Part shown: positions 10,624 through 20,477 of the stretch, piece after piece
How positions within the stretch are numbered: position 1 is the first letter of the stretch
Layout of the letters: each line of letters begins with the position of its first letter
Assembly: GCA_963740085.1 (NCBI GenBank)
Contig: CAVUCU010000004.1
Coordinates: 224,001-288,000, forward strand
Length of the DNA: 64,000 nt
Direction of reading: 5' to 3'
Origin: Nitrospirota bacterium
GTDB lineage: Bacteria > Nitrospirota > UBA9217
Program-made: the position numbers and the translations under genes
Notes under the pieces: model-generated
Database searches by the model: none
Told to the model about the DNA's origin: nothing
What the model saw: the letters and a program-made list of their open reading frames with translations, nothing else

Positions 10624-11202
10624 GTGATCATGCATTCAAAGAATGCTATTCCCCTGCGAAGGGAAAAATCCGCAATACCTGCGATCGTTGTTTTCACGGT
10701 AGGACATTCTTCCAGGAGCATCGAAGAGTTTATCCATCTGCTGAAGGCAAATGGCATTCGCCGACTTGTAGATGTCCGCACAGTTCCCCGTTCCCGCCAT
10801 AATCCGCAGTTTAACCGTGAGACATTGAGCAAATTTCTTCGCAACCGGCGTATTAACTACCGGCACATGAAGGCCCTCGGCGGGTTTCGGCACGCCCGGA
10901 CCGATTCGATCAACAGTGGCTGGCGTAACGCTTCTTTCCGGGGTTTTGCCGATTACATGCAGACCCTGGAATTCGAGGATGCCTTGAACAAATTAATTGA
11001 GCTTGCTGTTCAGAAGCCCACAGCGATCATGTGCGCCGAAGCAGTGCCCTGGCGATGCCACCGCTCCCTGATCAGCGATGCTCTTACCGCGCGCGGCATT
11101 GAGGTGCGGGATATCTTCAGCGATAAGAATGTCAGACTGCATACAATGACGCCCATGGCCCGGGTACGCGGGGGGACAATAATCTATCCCGAAAGTGAGT
11201 AA
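10624..11202 (+). CDS. DUF488-family protein
   Basis: FTVGHS, LVDVRTVPRSRHNPQFN, MCAEAVPWRCHRSLISD. Confidence 0.88.
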   Translation: MIMHSKNAIPLRREKSAIPAIVVFTVGHSSRSIEEFIHLLKANGIRRLVDVRTVPRSRHNPQFNRETLSKFLRNRRINYRHMKALGGFRHARTDSINSGWRNASFRGFADYMQTLEFEDALNKLIELAVQKPTAIMCAEAVPWRCHRSLISDALTARGIEVRDIFSDKNVRLHTMTPMARVRGGTIIYPESE

Positions 11203-11436
11203 AGAAAAGGTGAAGAGGTTCAGGAGCTGATTTTTTAAAAATATCTTTTTTATGAATAGATACAACGGCTCACCGCATGCTGCTTCCCCGTGAACGGGGG
11301 GCTTATTCAATAAAATCATTATAAAGTATTACGCCGATCTGATGTTCTTATGCCACTACTTGAACTTTAACATATTTGCGCTATAGTAAGAATAATGTAA
11401 TGATCGTTTCTTGGAATGCATTCAACAATTTTTTAA

Positions 11437-11562
11437 CTACTCAGGTTGGCCGCAAAAGAACACAAAGAACTCAAAGAAAAAACATAAGTCATGTACTTTA
11501 GTTTTAAATTCTCTCTGCGTTCCTTGCGCTCTTTTGCGGCTAACAGGTTTTGACCTGAGTAG
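11437..11562. repeat. Palindromic intergenic element with 9-bp internal repeats
   Basis: ctactcaggt...acctgagtag outer IR; gccgcaaaaga-acacaaaga-actcaaaga versus tgcgttccttgcgctcttttgcggc. Confidence 0.75.
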
Positions 11563-11693
11563 ATACAATTTATTTTATTAAAGAACTTCAGGTCGTTATC
11601 CTTGTCCCTATCACGCTGCTCTGTAAGCATTCATTTACAGCGCAAATTTACGAATTGAAACCGAGGACGCAAAGAACGAGAAAGGAGCAGATC

Positions 11694-12890
11694 ATGAAGA
11701 ATGGCATTTTCACCCGAAGGGATTTTTTGAAGACCGCCGGAGCATTAACCGCGATGACCGCCATAGGTGAGATACCGGCAGGTCTCCTTGCCGCGGTTAG
11801 CCGGAGACCACTGGCAAAATTTCCCGAGAAAACAGATTTGATACTGCTGACCTCACGCCCGCCGCAGCTCGAAACACCCTTCTCCTATTTCAACGAACTC
11901 ATCACGCCGAACGAGGCGGTCTTTGTCCGGTGGCATATATCCGGCATCCCCACGTCTGTTGACATGCTCCAGTGGCGGCTCACGGTCGGAGGCAACACGG
12001 AGAAGGAACTCCAGCTCTCCATGGAAGACCTCAGGAAGTTCGAGCGCGTTACCTACACGGCGGTCATCCAGTGCGCGGGCAACAGCAGGAGCTTCTTCGA
12101 CCCCCGGGTTGCAGGAGGGCAGTGGGAGAACGGGGCCATGGGGAACGTCACCTGGACCGGCGCCAGGCTGAAGGACATCCTGAACGCGGCGGGGATCAAG
12201 GCCGGTTCCGTGGATGTCTCTTTCGATGGCCTCGACAAACCGCCGTTGCCCTCGGTCCCTGACTTCGTCAAGAGCCTGCCGCTGGATAAGGCGATGGACG
12301 AGGACATTATCGTGGCCTACGAGCAGAACGGAAAGCCGCTCCCCATGCTGAATGGGTTCCCGGCCCGGCTCATCGTGCCCGGCTGGTATGCCACCTACTG
12401 GGTCAAGGCGCTCAGCTCCATTACCGTTCTTCCTTCGAAGTTCGAAGGGTTCTGGGTGAAGACCGCTTACCGCATCCCGGACAATCCCTGCGGCTGTCTT
12501 CCGCCCGGAGGAAAGCCGGACAAGACGATACCCGTTCACCGCATGACGACTCGCTCGTTCATCGTCACTCCCGCGGACGGCGCGTCGCTCAAGGCGAACA
12601 GGCCCGTGGAGATCAGGGGGATCGCTTTCTCCGGGGGATACGGGATCAGGGATGTGATCGTCTCGACAGACAACGGCAGGACCTGGAAAGAGGCCATGCT
12701 CGGGAAAGACATGGGCAAATATTCCTGGATCCAGTGGACCTGCTCGTGGAAGCCCGGGAAGGCCGGAAGGTACACGCTCCACGTCAAGGCCACGAACAGT
12801 ATCGGCGAATCGCAGGCCGGTGTGGGACTGTGGAACCCTGCAGGGTATCTCCGGAACAAGATCGAGAAGGTCGACGTTGTCGTCAGATAG
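11694..12890 (+). CDS. Tat-exported sulfite-oxidase-family molybdoenzyme (SorA/SoxC-like)
   Basis: TRRDFLK Tat motif; FVRWH; Mo-ligating IQCAGN; NGFPARLIVPGWYATYWVK; C-terminal Ig-like dimerisation domain. Confidence 0.9.
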   Translation: MKNGIFTRRDFLKTAGALTAMTAIGEIPAGLLAAVSRRPLAKFPEKTDLILLTSRPPQLETPFSYFNELITPNEAVFVRWHISGIPTSVDMLQWRLTVGGNTEKELQLSMEDLRKFERVTYTAVIQCAGNSRSFFDPRVAGGQWENGAMGNVTWTGARLKDILNAAGIKAGSVDVSFDGLDKPPLPSVPDFVKSLPLDKAMDEDIIVAYEQNGKPLPMLNGFPARLIVPGWYATYWVKALSSITVLPSKFEGFWVKTAYRIPDNPCGCLPPGGKPDKTIPVHRMTTRSFIVTPADGASLKANRPVEIRGIAFSGGYGIRDVIVSTDNGRTWKEAMLGKDMGKYSWIQWTCSWKPGKAGRYTLHVKATNSIGESQAGVGLWNPAGYLRNKIEKVDVVVR

Positions 12891-12896
12891 GAGGAA

Positions 12897-13259
12897 GTGA
12901 TGAACAATCGAGTAATGTTCATGAGTGCAGTGTGCGCAGTGTTCGCGATAGCGCTGTCATGCGGGACCGCCTTTGCAGAGAACCCGGAAACGGTTTCTTC
13001 AGGGAACAGCAGCGTCAAATCCATCGACATTCCCGTCATCCGGGTCGACCTGAAACAGGGCCCCGGCATGGATAAAACATCGACCCTGTGCAACATCTGC
13101 CACAGCGTCGACTATATCACCATGCAGCCGCCCTTTTCCCGCGCGCAGTGGACGGGATCGGTGAACAAGATGATCAAGGTCATGGGTGCTCCGATAAATG
13201 AAGAGGACGCGAAGACGATCATCGAATACCTCTCAACGTACTACGGAAACGGAAAGTAG
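12897..13259 (+). CDS. Monoheme c-type cytochrome (SorB-like partner)
   Basis: Signal peptide; CNICHSVDYITMQPP...W...VNKMIKVMGAPI. Confidence 0.88.
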   Translation: MMNNRVMFMSAVCAVFAIALSCGTAFAENPETVSSGNSSVKSIDIPVIRVDLKQGPGMDKTSTLCNICHSVDYITMQPPFSRAQWTGSVNKMIKVMGAPINEEDAKTIIEYLSTYYGNGK

Positions 13260-13338
13260 GCGAACGGTCCGCCTCGGCCCGTACTATTTTGACGATCACC
13301 CGATGGAGATGACGATAATCTTGGAAGGGCATGATCTG

Positions 13339-13399
13339 CCGCGGAGACACGTTGAAATGCACCTTGAAAATACCAGGGATTTTCTCCGCGTCTCTGCGG
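13339..13399. repeat. Palindromic intergenic element
   Basis: ccgcggagacac ... gcgtctctgcgg imperfect inverted repeat. Confidence 0.55.
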
Positions 13400-13469
13400 T
13401 AAAAAAATGCCTTTACGCGATTGTTGCAAAGTAAATGGGAAAACACGTTGTCGATAACGGAGGTGCCGC

Positions 13470-13922
13470 ATGATCAGCCTTGATATCAACGGAAAGTCCT
13501 ACCAGGTCAAAGTCGATCCCGATGTGCCGCTGCTCTGGGTCATCCGGGAGCGGCTCCAACTCACGGGCACGAAGTTCGGGTGCGGCATCGGCATGTGCGG
13601 ATCGTGCACCGTGCACATCGACGGCAAGGCCCAACGGTCCTGCCAGATCCCGGTCGGAAGCGTGCAGGGCAAAAAGATCACGACCATCGAGGGACTGCCG
13701 GAGAACCATCCCGTGAAGAGGGCCTGGGTGCAGGAGCAGGTTCCGCAGTGCGGGTACTGCCAGCCGGGGCAGATCATGCAGGCCGCGGCCCTTCTCGCTG
13801 AAGACCCCCGGCCGACCGACGCCAGCATCAACGAACATATGAACGGCAATCTCTGCCGCTGCGGCACGTATCCGAAGATACGGAGCGCCATCCGGCTCGC
13901 GTCGAAGGGAGGCAAAAAATGA
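13470..13922 (+). CDS. Two-[2Fe-2S] small subunit of xanthine-oxidase-family enzyme (IorA-like)
   Basis: [16 protein letters not shown]...[18 protein letters not shown]. Confidence 0.93.
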   Translation: MISLDINGKSYQVKVDPDVPLLWVIRERLQLTGTKFGCGIGMCGSCTVHIDGKAQRSCQIPVGSVQGKKITTIEGLPENHPVKRAWVQEQVPQCGYCQPGQIMQAAALLAEDPRPTDASINEHMNGNLCRCGTYPKIRSAIRLASKGGKK

Positions 13923-16205
13923 AGCTCGATCTTACGCGCAGACAGTTCCTGAAGATCGCAGGCACCGGCCTTGCTATTGCCGTGGTAGAGACATCGGATG
14001 GGTTCCGTCTTCTTTCAGCGGCACAGGCAGCGGAGGAGACCATCAGTTTCCATCCGAGTGCCTGGGTCAAGATCCTGCCGACCAACACCGTTATCGTGGT
14101 GGTGAACAAGTCTGAGATGGGGCAGGGCGTATACACGTCGCTGCCCATGCTCGTTGCCGACGAACTCGACGCGGACTGGAAGAACGTGACCCTGGAGGTC
14201 GCGCCCGCGGGCGATGCCTTCAAGGACCCGGTCTGGGGCAGCCAGTCCACAGGCGGAAGCTCGAGCATCCGCCACATGTCCGAGCCTCTCAGGAAAGCGG
14301 GAGCTGCGGCCCGGGAAATGCTTGTTGCTGCTGCTGCCCGCGGGTGGAACGTCCCGGTCAAGGAGTGCAGCGTTGAACTTGGCAGGGTCCGTCACGCGCG
14401 GAGCAGCCGGACGATTTCATACGGGAAACTGGTGAATGAGGCCGCAAAGCTCGACGTGCCGCAGAATCCCGTACTCAAGAAGGAAAGCCAGTTCCGGTAC
14501 ATCGGAAAGGATATTCCCCGGCTTGACATACACGACAAGGTGAACGGTCAGGCGCGGTTCGGCATAGATTCCTTCGTACCCGGCATGCTCTACGCGGCGA
14601 TCGCCCGGCCGAAGGCCTATGGTGCGGAACTCGCCTCATCCCAAAAAGATGCGGCTTTGGCCGTGCCCGGTGTACGCGCAGTCGTACCGATCCCGTCCGG
14701 CATGGCTGTACTGGCCGATACCATCGATGGGGCCTGGAAGGGGCGGGATGCACTCAAGCCGGACTGGCAGAACGGGAAATATCCGGGCCTCAGCACGGTG
14801 TCGCTGCAGAAGGATTACCTGGGCAGGCTTGACACAGCCGGCATCGTGGCGCGTAATGACGGCGACGCAAAGTCAGTAATAGAAGGCGCCGCCAGGAAGG
14901 TTGAGGCAGTGTACGAGCTTCCGTATCTTGCCCATGCCACCATGGAACCCATGAACTGCGCGGTCCATGTGCGGGCTGACGGCTGCGACATCTGGGCGCC
15001 GACACAGAACCAGTCAGGAGTGTTGGCCACTGCCGCAGGCGATCACCGGTCTGAAGCCTGAACAGATATTTGTTCATACCACGCTCCTTGGAGGCGGTTT
15101 CGGCAGGCGGTTCGAGCGGGACTTCATGGAGGAGGCGCTCCTCCTATCGAAGTCCGCGGGTAAGCCGGTCAAGGTTGTCTGGACGCGGGAAGAGGACACC
15201 CAGAATGATTTCTACCGTCCGATGAACGCGACCAGGATCACGGCAGCGCTCGACGCAGAGGGCCGGGCAGCAGCCTGGTCGCACACGATCGTCTGTCCAT
15301 CGATCTTTGCCCGCGTGTTTCCGCAGATGGTGAAGAACGGGATCGACAACGCCGCCGTGGAGGGCGTGGAGAATTTGGAGTATGAGGTCCCGAACGTGCA
15401 CGTTGAGTACGTGCGGTTTGACACGCCGGTGCCCGTGGGCTTCTGGCGTTCGGTGGGGAGTTCGCACAATGGTTTTACGGTGGAGAGCTTCGTTGACGAG
15501 CTCGCTGACGCGGCGAAGAAGGACCCCCTTGACTTCAGACTGGGCTTGCTTAAAAAGCACCCGCGGGCTGCGCGCGTGCTCCAGGTGGCGGCGGAAAAGG
15601 CCGGCTGGAGCAAACCGCCTGCAAAGGGACAGGCGCGCGGCATCGCCTACCACCTCTCCTTCGGTAGCTACGTAGCGGAAGTTGCTGAGGTGTCCGTTGA
15701 TCCAAAGAGCGGGGTGATCACGGTCCACAAAGTGACCTGCGCGGTGGACTGCGGCCCGGTCGTGAATCCCGCGATCATCAAGGCCCAGATGATGGGAGGC
15801 ATCACCATGGGTCTGTCCGCGGCTCTCAAGGAACAGATAGAGTTCGCAAACGGGGGCGTCAAGTCCGAGAACTTCGCGGATTATGAACTTCTCAGGATGA
15901 GCGAAGCGCCGGACGTGGACGTTCATATTGTCAAGAGTGGTGAAGCCCTGGGCGGCATCGGCGAGCCGGGTGTTCCGCCCCTTGCGCCGGCGGTCGCAAA
16001 CGCAGTGTTCAAGGCAACAGGCGCCCGGTTAAGACGGCTGCCCATGAATCCCGTGACCGTGCTCGCAGCGATGAAGAAGCGGGTAGAATTGCAAGGAACC
16101 GTTAAGTTCAGATACTATCCGCAGATTTCGCAGATTACACAGATTAAGTCAGAGCTGAATTGGTTTTTAAATCTGTCGTTCTCTATCTGCGAAATCTGCG
16201 GATGA
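13919..16205 (+). CDS. Tat-exported molybdopterin-binding subunit (IorB/aldehyde oxidase-like); +1 indel near 15035
   Basis: TRRQFLK; EMGQG; STGGSSS; [11 protein letters not shown] joined to [21 protein letters not shown] in ORF 14967..16205; true stop may be near 16086. Confidence 0.88.
16117..16203. repeat. Palindromic element with 19-bp perfect inverted repeat and 9-bp internal repeats
   Basis: atccgcagatttcgcagat (16117-16135) versus atctgcgaaatctgcggat (16185-16203). Confidence 0.85.
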
Positions 16206-16227
16206 AATGGTTTTGTTGAGGTGATTC

Positions 16228-17073
16228 ATGCAGATCTATGAAGAAGTGTTGAGGCTCAAACAACAGGGCAGGTCCTCTGCGATCGCTACGATCGTTGAGT
16301 GTCGGGGATCATCGCCGCAGAAGCAGGGTGCCAAGATGCTTGTGCGCGACGATGGTTCGATCATGGGCACCCTTGGCGGCGGATGCATGGAAGCCGATGT
16401 GGTGCAGGCGGCAATGATGACCATGAAGAACGGCGAGCCCATGACCCTGCCCTTCGAGCTTACGGAGCGCGAGGGCGGGCTTGTGTGCGGCGGCACGGTG
16501 CTGGTCTACATCGAACCGGTCCTGCTCGATCCGCACCTGGTGATCCTCGGCGCCGGTCATGTGGGCAGGACGCTTGCGAAATTGGCGCGCTTTACGGGTT
16601 TTCGGGTGACCGTGGTCGACGACCGCGCGGAGTTCGCAAATCAGGAGAATATCCCCGATGCGAACGATCTGGTCGTCCACGAGTTCGAGCGGGCCTTTGA
16701 ACGCGTTCCGGTCGAGAGCGGGACGTTCATCGTCGTTGCCACCCGCGGGCACAACCACGATCTCGACGCGGTCAAGGCCGCGCTCAGGACACCCGCGTTC
16801 TACATCGGCCTGCTCGGCAGCAAGCGCAAGAAGGCACTGCTCCGGCGGTCGCTTGCGGACAGCGGCTTCTCCCCGGCGGACATCGATCGGGTCGTTATCC
16901 CCGTGGGCATGGAGATCAATTCAGTTACGCCCGAGGAGATCGCGGTGAGCATCATGGCGCAGATCGTTCAGAGAAGGAGAGAAAATGGCGCCACGCGTGG
17001 CTGCCCTGCTTCTTGCGGCGGGAGCTTCCAGGAGAATGGGGACACAGAAGCAGCTCCTGCTGCTCGGCGATAG
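16228..17073 (+). CDS. xdhC: XdhC/CoxI-family Moco insertion chaperone
   Basis: GSSPQKQGAKM, GTLGGGCME, LVCGG, GAGHVG, TRGH, YIGLLGS, TPEEIAVSI. Confidence 0.9.
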   Translation: MQIYEEVLRLKQQGRSSAIATIVECRGSSPQKQGAKMLVRDDGSIMGTLGGGCMEADVVQAAMMTMKNGEPMTLPFELTEREGGLVCGGTVLVYIEPVLLDPHLVILGAGHVGRTLAKLARFTGFRVTVVDDRAEFANQENIPDANDLVVHEFERAFERVPVESGTFIVVATRGHNHDLDAVKAALRTPAFYIGLLGSKRKKALLRRSLADSGFSPADIDRVVIPVGMEINSVTPEEIAVSIMAQIVQRRRENGATRGCPASCGGSFQENGDTEAAPAARR

Positions 17074-17587
17074 ACCCGTCATTAGACGGTGCGCCGACAC
17101 GATCTTCGCCTCGGGTATTCAGGATATTGTGGTCGTGGTCAATGGGAAAGGCGAAAGGGCCGTCGAAGCCCTCTCCGGCCTGCCGGTGAAGATCGTCCGG
17201 AACGATGCGGCCGACAGCCAGATGGCTGATTCAGTACGCATCGGGGTCCGGGCGCTCGACGATCTTTTTTCAGGGGTACTCATCTGCCTGTCCGATCACC
17301 CGCTCGTCGATCCGGAGACGTTCCGGACCGTCATACAGGCCCATTACCGGGGACCCGACAGGATCATCATTCCGTGCCACGAGGGGAGGCGCGGACATCC
17401 AGCGCTCTTTTCATGGACAATTCTGAACGAGGTCCTCTCAGGCGGCACGTTGCGCGATATCATTGGGAAAGACGAACGCAGGGTCCAGCCGATCGAAGTG
17501 GATGACGAAGGAGTCCTGCTGGACATGGACACGGACGAGGATTATCAAAAGGCCCGGGAGATGTTTGCCAGACAACCGGGTTTGTGA
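16985..17587 (+). CDS. mocA: Molybdenum cofactor cytidylyltransferase (MocA-like NTP transferase)
   Basis: LLAAGASRRMGTQKQLL, LSDHP, GHPALF, DMDT; context of an MCD-type enzyme. Confidence 0.85.
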   Translation: MAPRVAALLLAAGASRRMGTQKQLLLLGDRPVIRRCADTIFASGIQDIVVVVNGKGERAVEALSGLPVKIVRNDAADSQMADSVRIGVRALDDLFSGVLICLSDHPLVDPETFRTVIQAHYRGPDRIIIPCHEGRRGHPALFSWTILNEVLSGGTLRDIIGKDERRVQPIEVDDEGVLLDMDTDEDYQKAREMFARQPGL

Positions 17588-17603
17588 GAGCGAGGAGACG
17601 ACT

Positions 17604-18727
17604 ATGTGCGATAGCGGTGATTTCCGCGAAGGGGCCTCCGTTACCAGGACCGTGCCGCTCGCGGAGGCGGTGGGATTGGTGCTGGCCCACGATGTGACGG
17701 AGATACGCAGGGGTGAGTTCAAGGGCCGGGCATTCAGGAAAGGCCACATCGTCCGGAGCGATGATATTCATCGCCTCCAGCAGATCGGCAAGGAGCACCT
17801 CTATGTCCTGACCATCGGTGCTGACGAGATGCACGAGGATGATGCCGCGCTGACGCTCGCCCGCGCCCTGATCGGCGATGGTGTTGCGATGCCGGAGGAA
17901 CCGAAGGAAGGCAAGGTAAGGCTGGTCGCTGCCAGGGACGGATTGCTGACGATCGACCGGGATGCCCTTCTGCAATTCAACCTGCTCGGCGACGTTATCT
18001 GTAGTACGCTGCACAACAATACAGTGGTGAGAAAAGACCGGGTCATTGCCGAGACAAAGGCTGTTCCGCTTGTGGTGAAGCGAACGGTCATCGACCAGGC
18101 AGTGTCCCTGGCCGGGAGTGGTGTTGTCACGGTGAAGGAGATCAGGAAACCGAAGGCAGGCGTCGTGATCACCGGCAACGAGGTTTACCACGGAAGGATA
18201 CAGGACAGTTTCGCGCCGGTCATTGCAAAAAAGATCGAGGCCTTCGGCGGCGAGATCATCGGCACGTATCTTGCCCCCGATGACAGGGAGATCATTCAGC
18301 GGCGTCTGCGGGAACTGCTGGACGCGGGCGCCGACCTTCTGATCACCACAGGCGGCATGTCCGTTGACCCTGACGATGTGACGCGGTTCGCCATCCGCGA
18401 CCTCGGAGCGACGGAGCTCACCTACGGTTCACCCGTCCTGCCGGGCGCGATGTTTATGGTGGGGTACCTTGAGAAAGCACGGTAGTTCGGAGTTTGGAGT
18501 TCGGAGTGAAAACCCAAAACATCCGAACTCAAAGCTCAGGGCCGATCCCCATTCTGGGGATCCCCGCGTGCGGGATGTATCACAAAACAACTGTCCTCGA
18601 TCTTATCCTTCCGAGGGTGCTTGCCGGTGAACGGATCGGCAGAAGAGAACTCGCAGAACTGGGACACGGAGGGCTCTGTCTCCATTGTACTTCGTGTCAG
18701 TATCCGGTCTGTCCATTCGGAAAGTGA
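17604..18727 (+). CDS. MoeA-like molybdopterin-binding protein; reading frame broken near 18475 next to a palindromic insert
   Basis: AVGLVLAHDVT, VITGNEV, TTGGMSVDPDD, YGSPVLPGAMF; C-terminus IPILGIPACGMY...GGLCLHC..CQYPVCPFGK in ORF 18494..18727. Confidence 0.8.
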
Positions 18728-18924
18728 CGAGCTCGGCGCAAATTATAAGAAGTCGGAATATGTCGACTCGAACCCTCGTTCGTCATTCCGAAGAAGCGAA
18801 GCGACTGTGGAATCTTGCGCAGGGCAGCTCCGAGAAATGTCTTTACTCGAATGAATAACCAGGATTTCTCGCTTCGCTCGAAATGACAGCACGAGCGATT
18901 TCGGACTTTTTACGAATGCATCAA
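18725..18924. mobile_element. MITE-like element with REP-like inner hairpin
   Basis: Right end gactttttacgaatgcatcaa; interrupted left end tgacgagctcg..taagaagtc; inner gtcattccga...tcgaaatgac (18782-18887). Confidence 0.6.
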
Positions 18925-18965
18925 GGATGTCAAACTACAGGAGAGACAACAATAGGAGGCCCGCG

Positions 18966-20033
18966 ATGAACGGCACAAGGAACATCATAGTACAGTATGG
19001 TAAGAAAAGCATATGGACCATTGCTGCATTCACCGCCGTGGCCTTATGTGCAACGGCCCTCTTTGCCGCTAACCCGGACGAAGAGTTGATGAACAGGGCC
19101 AAATCCATACTCGGCCCGCTCCCTGCGTCAATGCCCTCCCGGGACAATCTTATCACCCCCGAGAAGGTCAAGCTGGGAAACGTACTTTTTTGGGAACCGA
19201 GGATATCCGTTGACGGAACGATAAGCTGTGCCAAGTGCCACCCTATGGGTCTTTACGCCGTCGACGGCCTCCGAAAGTCGGTGGGGAATCACTGCAAGGA
19301 AAATCCCAGAAATGATCCGACCATCTTTAACGCAGCGTCTCAGATCTCGGAGCACTGGATCGGCAACAGAACGAGTGTAGAGGACCAGGCAAAACAGGCC
19401 CTCGTTGGACCACCATCGTATGGCATGCCGAGCTATGAGTCTGTTGAGAAGATCCTCAAGGGGATACCAGGGTATGTAGAGATGTTCAAACAGGCTTTTC
19501 CCGGAGAGAAAGACCCTGTAACCGCGGACAACTTCGCGAAGGCCGTCGGCGCCTTTGAACGGACGCTCGTGACACCGTCAGCCTTCGATGATTTCATGAA
19601 AGGCAATACCGCAGCGCTTACGAACCAGCAGAAACGGGGACTACAGATCTTTCTCGGTGCGGGGTGCGCTACATGCCATTTCAGCCCCTATCTGGGCGGT
19701 CAGATGAACCAGAAGTTCGGTCTTTTCGAGCCATATGAGAAATACACAAAAAGCAAGCCGGTAGATGAAGGAAGATTCGTGGTCACGAAAAGTCCTTCGG
19801 ACAAATATGTGTTCAAGGTCCCGGTACTCAGGAATGTAGCGGAAACCCCTCCGTATTTCCACGACGGGTCCGTGGATAAGTTGGAGGACGCGGTCGTGAT
19901 CATGGCCAAGATCCAGCTCGCGAAGGACCTCACCAAAGATGAGGCGGGAGATATCGTGGCCTTTCTCAAGTCACTGACCGGGACGATCCCCGAGGCAGCG
20001 CTTAAGGTGCCGATTCTGCCGCCGGTAGATTGA
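18966..20033 (+). CDS. Diheme cytochrome c peroxidase (bCcP/MauG family)
   Basis: Signal peptide; CAKCH and CATCH; FKVPVLRNVAETPPYFHDGS. Confidence 0.92.
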   Translation: MNGTRNIIVQYGKKSIWTIAAFTAVALCATALFAANPDEELMNRAKSILGPLPASMPSRDNLITPEKVKLGNVLFWEPRISVDGTISCAKCHPMGLYAVDGLRKSVGNHCKENPRNDPTIFNAASQISEHWIGNRTSVEDQAKQALVGPPSYGMPSYESVEKILKGIPGYVEMFKQAFPGEKDPVTADNFAKAVGAFERTLVTPSAFDDFMKGNTAALTNQQKRGLQIFLGAGCATCHFSPYLGGQMNQKFGLFEPYEKYTKSKPVDEGRFVVTKSPSDKYVFKVPVLRNVAETPPYFHDGSVDKLEDAVVIMAKIQLAKDLTKDEAGDIVAFLKSLTGTIPEAALKVPILPPVD

Positions 20034-20057
20034 TCGATCATTCTTTCCGCAATTGTC

Positions 20058-20086
20058 TTGACAGAATCCGGGACCGATGTTATATA
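20058..20086 (+). promoter_or_regulatory. Near-consensus sigma-70 promoter
   Basis: TTGACA-17 bp-TATATA with extended -10 TG. Confidence 0.6.
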
Positions 20087-20092
20087 CACGGG

Positions 20093-20220
20093 TCCCAGTG
20101 CGCCAACACTGTCGGACAAGCGGAGAATAGCATAACATAATGAAAGTTGAAGGGAGAGTAGTGACTCCATAGCCCTTGGGCAACTATGCCTTGCGGCAAA
20201 AGCACTCGGAATTTTCCTTT
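20093..20220 (+). ncRNA. Candidate structured small RNA (unassigned family)
   Basis: No ORF; nested pairings tcc/gga, agtgc/gcact, gcc/ggc, caag/cttg, gcat/atgc, agttg/caact, aaggg/ccctt, gagt/actc; T-rich tail. Confidence 0.35.
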
Positions 20221-20372
20221 ATTTCACTACGCTCAAGATAAAAAAACTGAATACCCAGGTAGAAAAGACCTGCTATGTTAAAATGGACTGTTCAAAAAGG
20301 GCTGGTGCCCAGATCTTGTGCCCACTGTCAGGTTAACCAATTGAATATTAAATAACTCGCATGATTATTTTT

Positions 20373-20389
20373 TCGGCACAGGTCTTGCT
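20373..20389 (+). promoter_or_regulatory. Sigma-54 (-24/-12) promoter of the first dockerin/MCO operon
   Basis: tcGGcacaggtcttGCt = GG-N10-GC, close to TGGCAC-N5-TTGC; AT-rich spacer upstream. Confidence 0.7.
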
Positions 20390-20477
20390 ATCTCTGACAC
20401 AAGTATTATTTTGTTGATTGTTAGTCTTGTATCATAAATAACGATAATTAGATATTCGATAGTAAAAGGGGGAGCGT

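Noticed and set aside
11641-11680. gcaaa...gaaa...ggacgcaaag resembling a c-di-GMP-I (GEMM) riboswitch
   Set aside because: The stem flanking GAAA cannot pair and no P2 arm follows before the start codon.
16087-16205. C-terminal extension of IorB (…SICEICG) as a Cys-containing domain
   Set aside because: It is a translation of the palindromic element; a one-base correction gives a TAG stop at 16084-16086.
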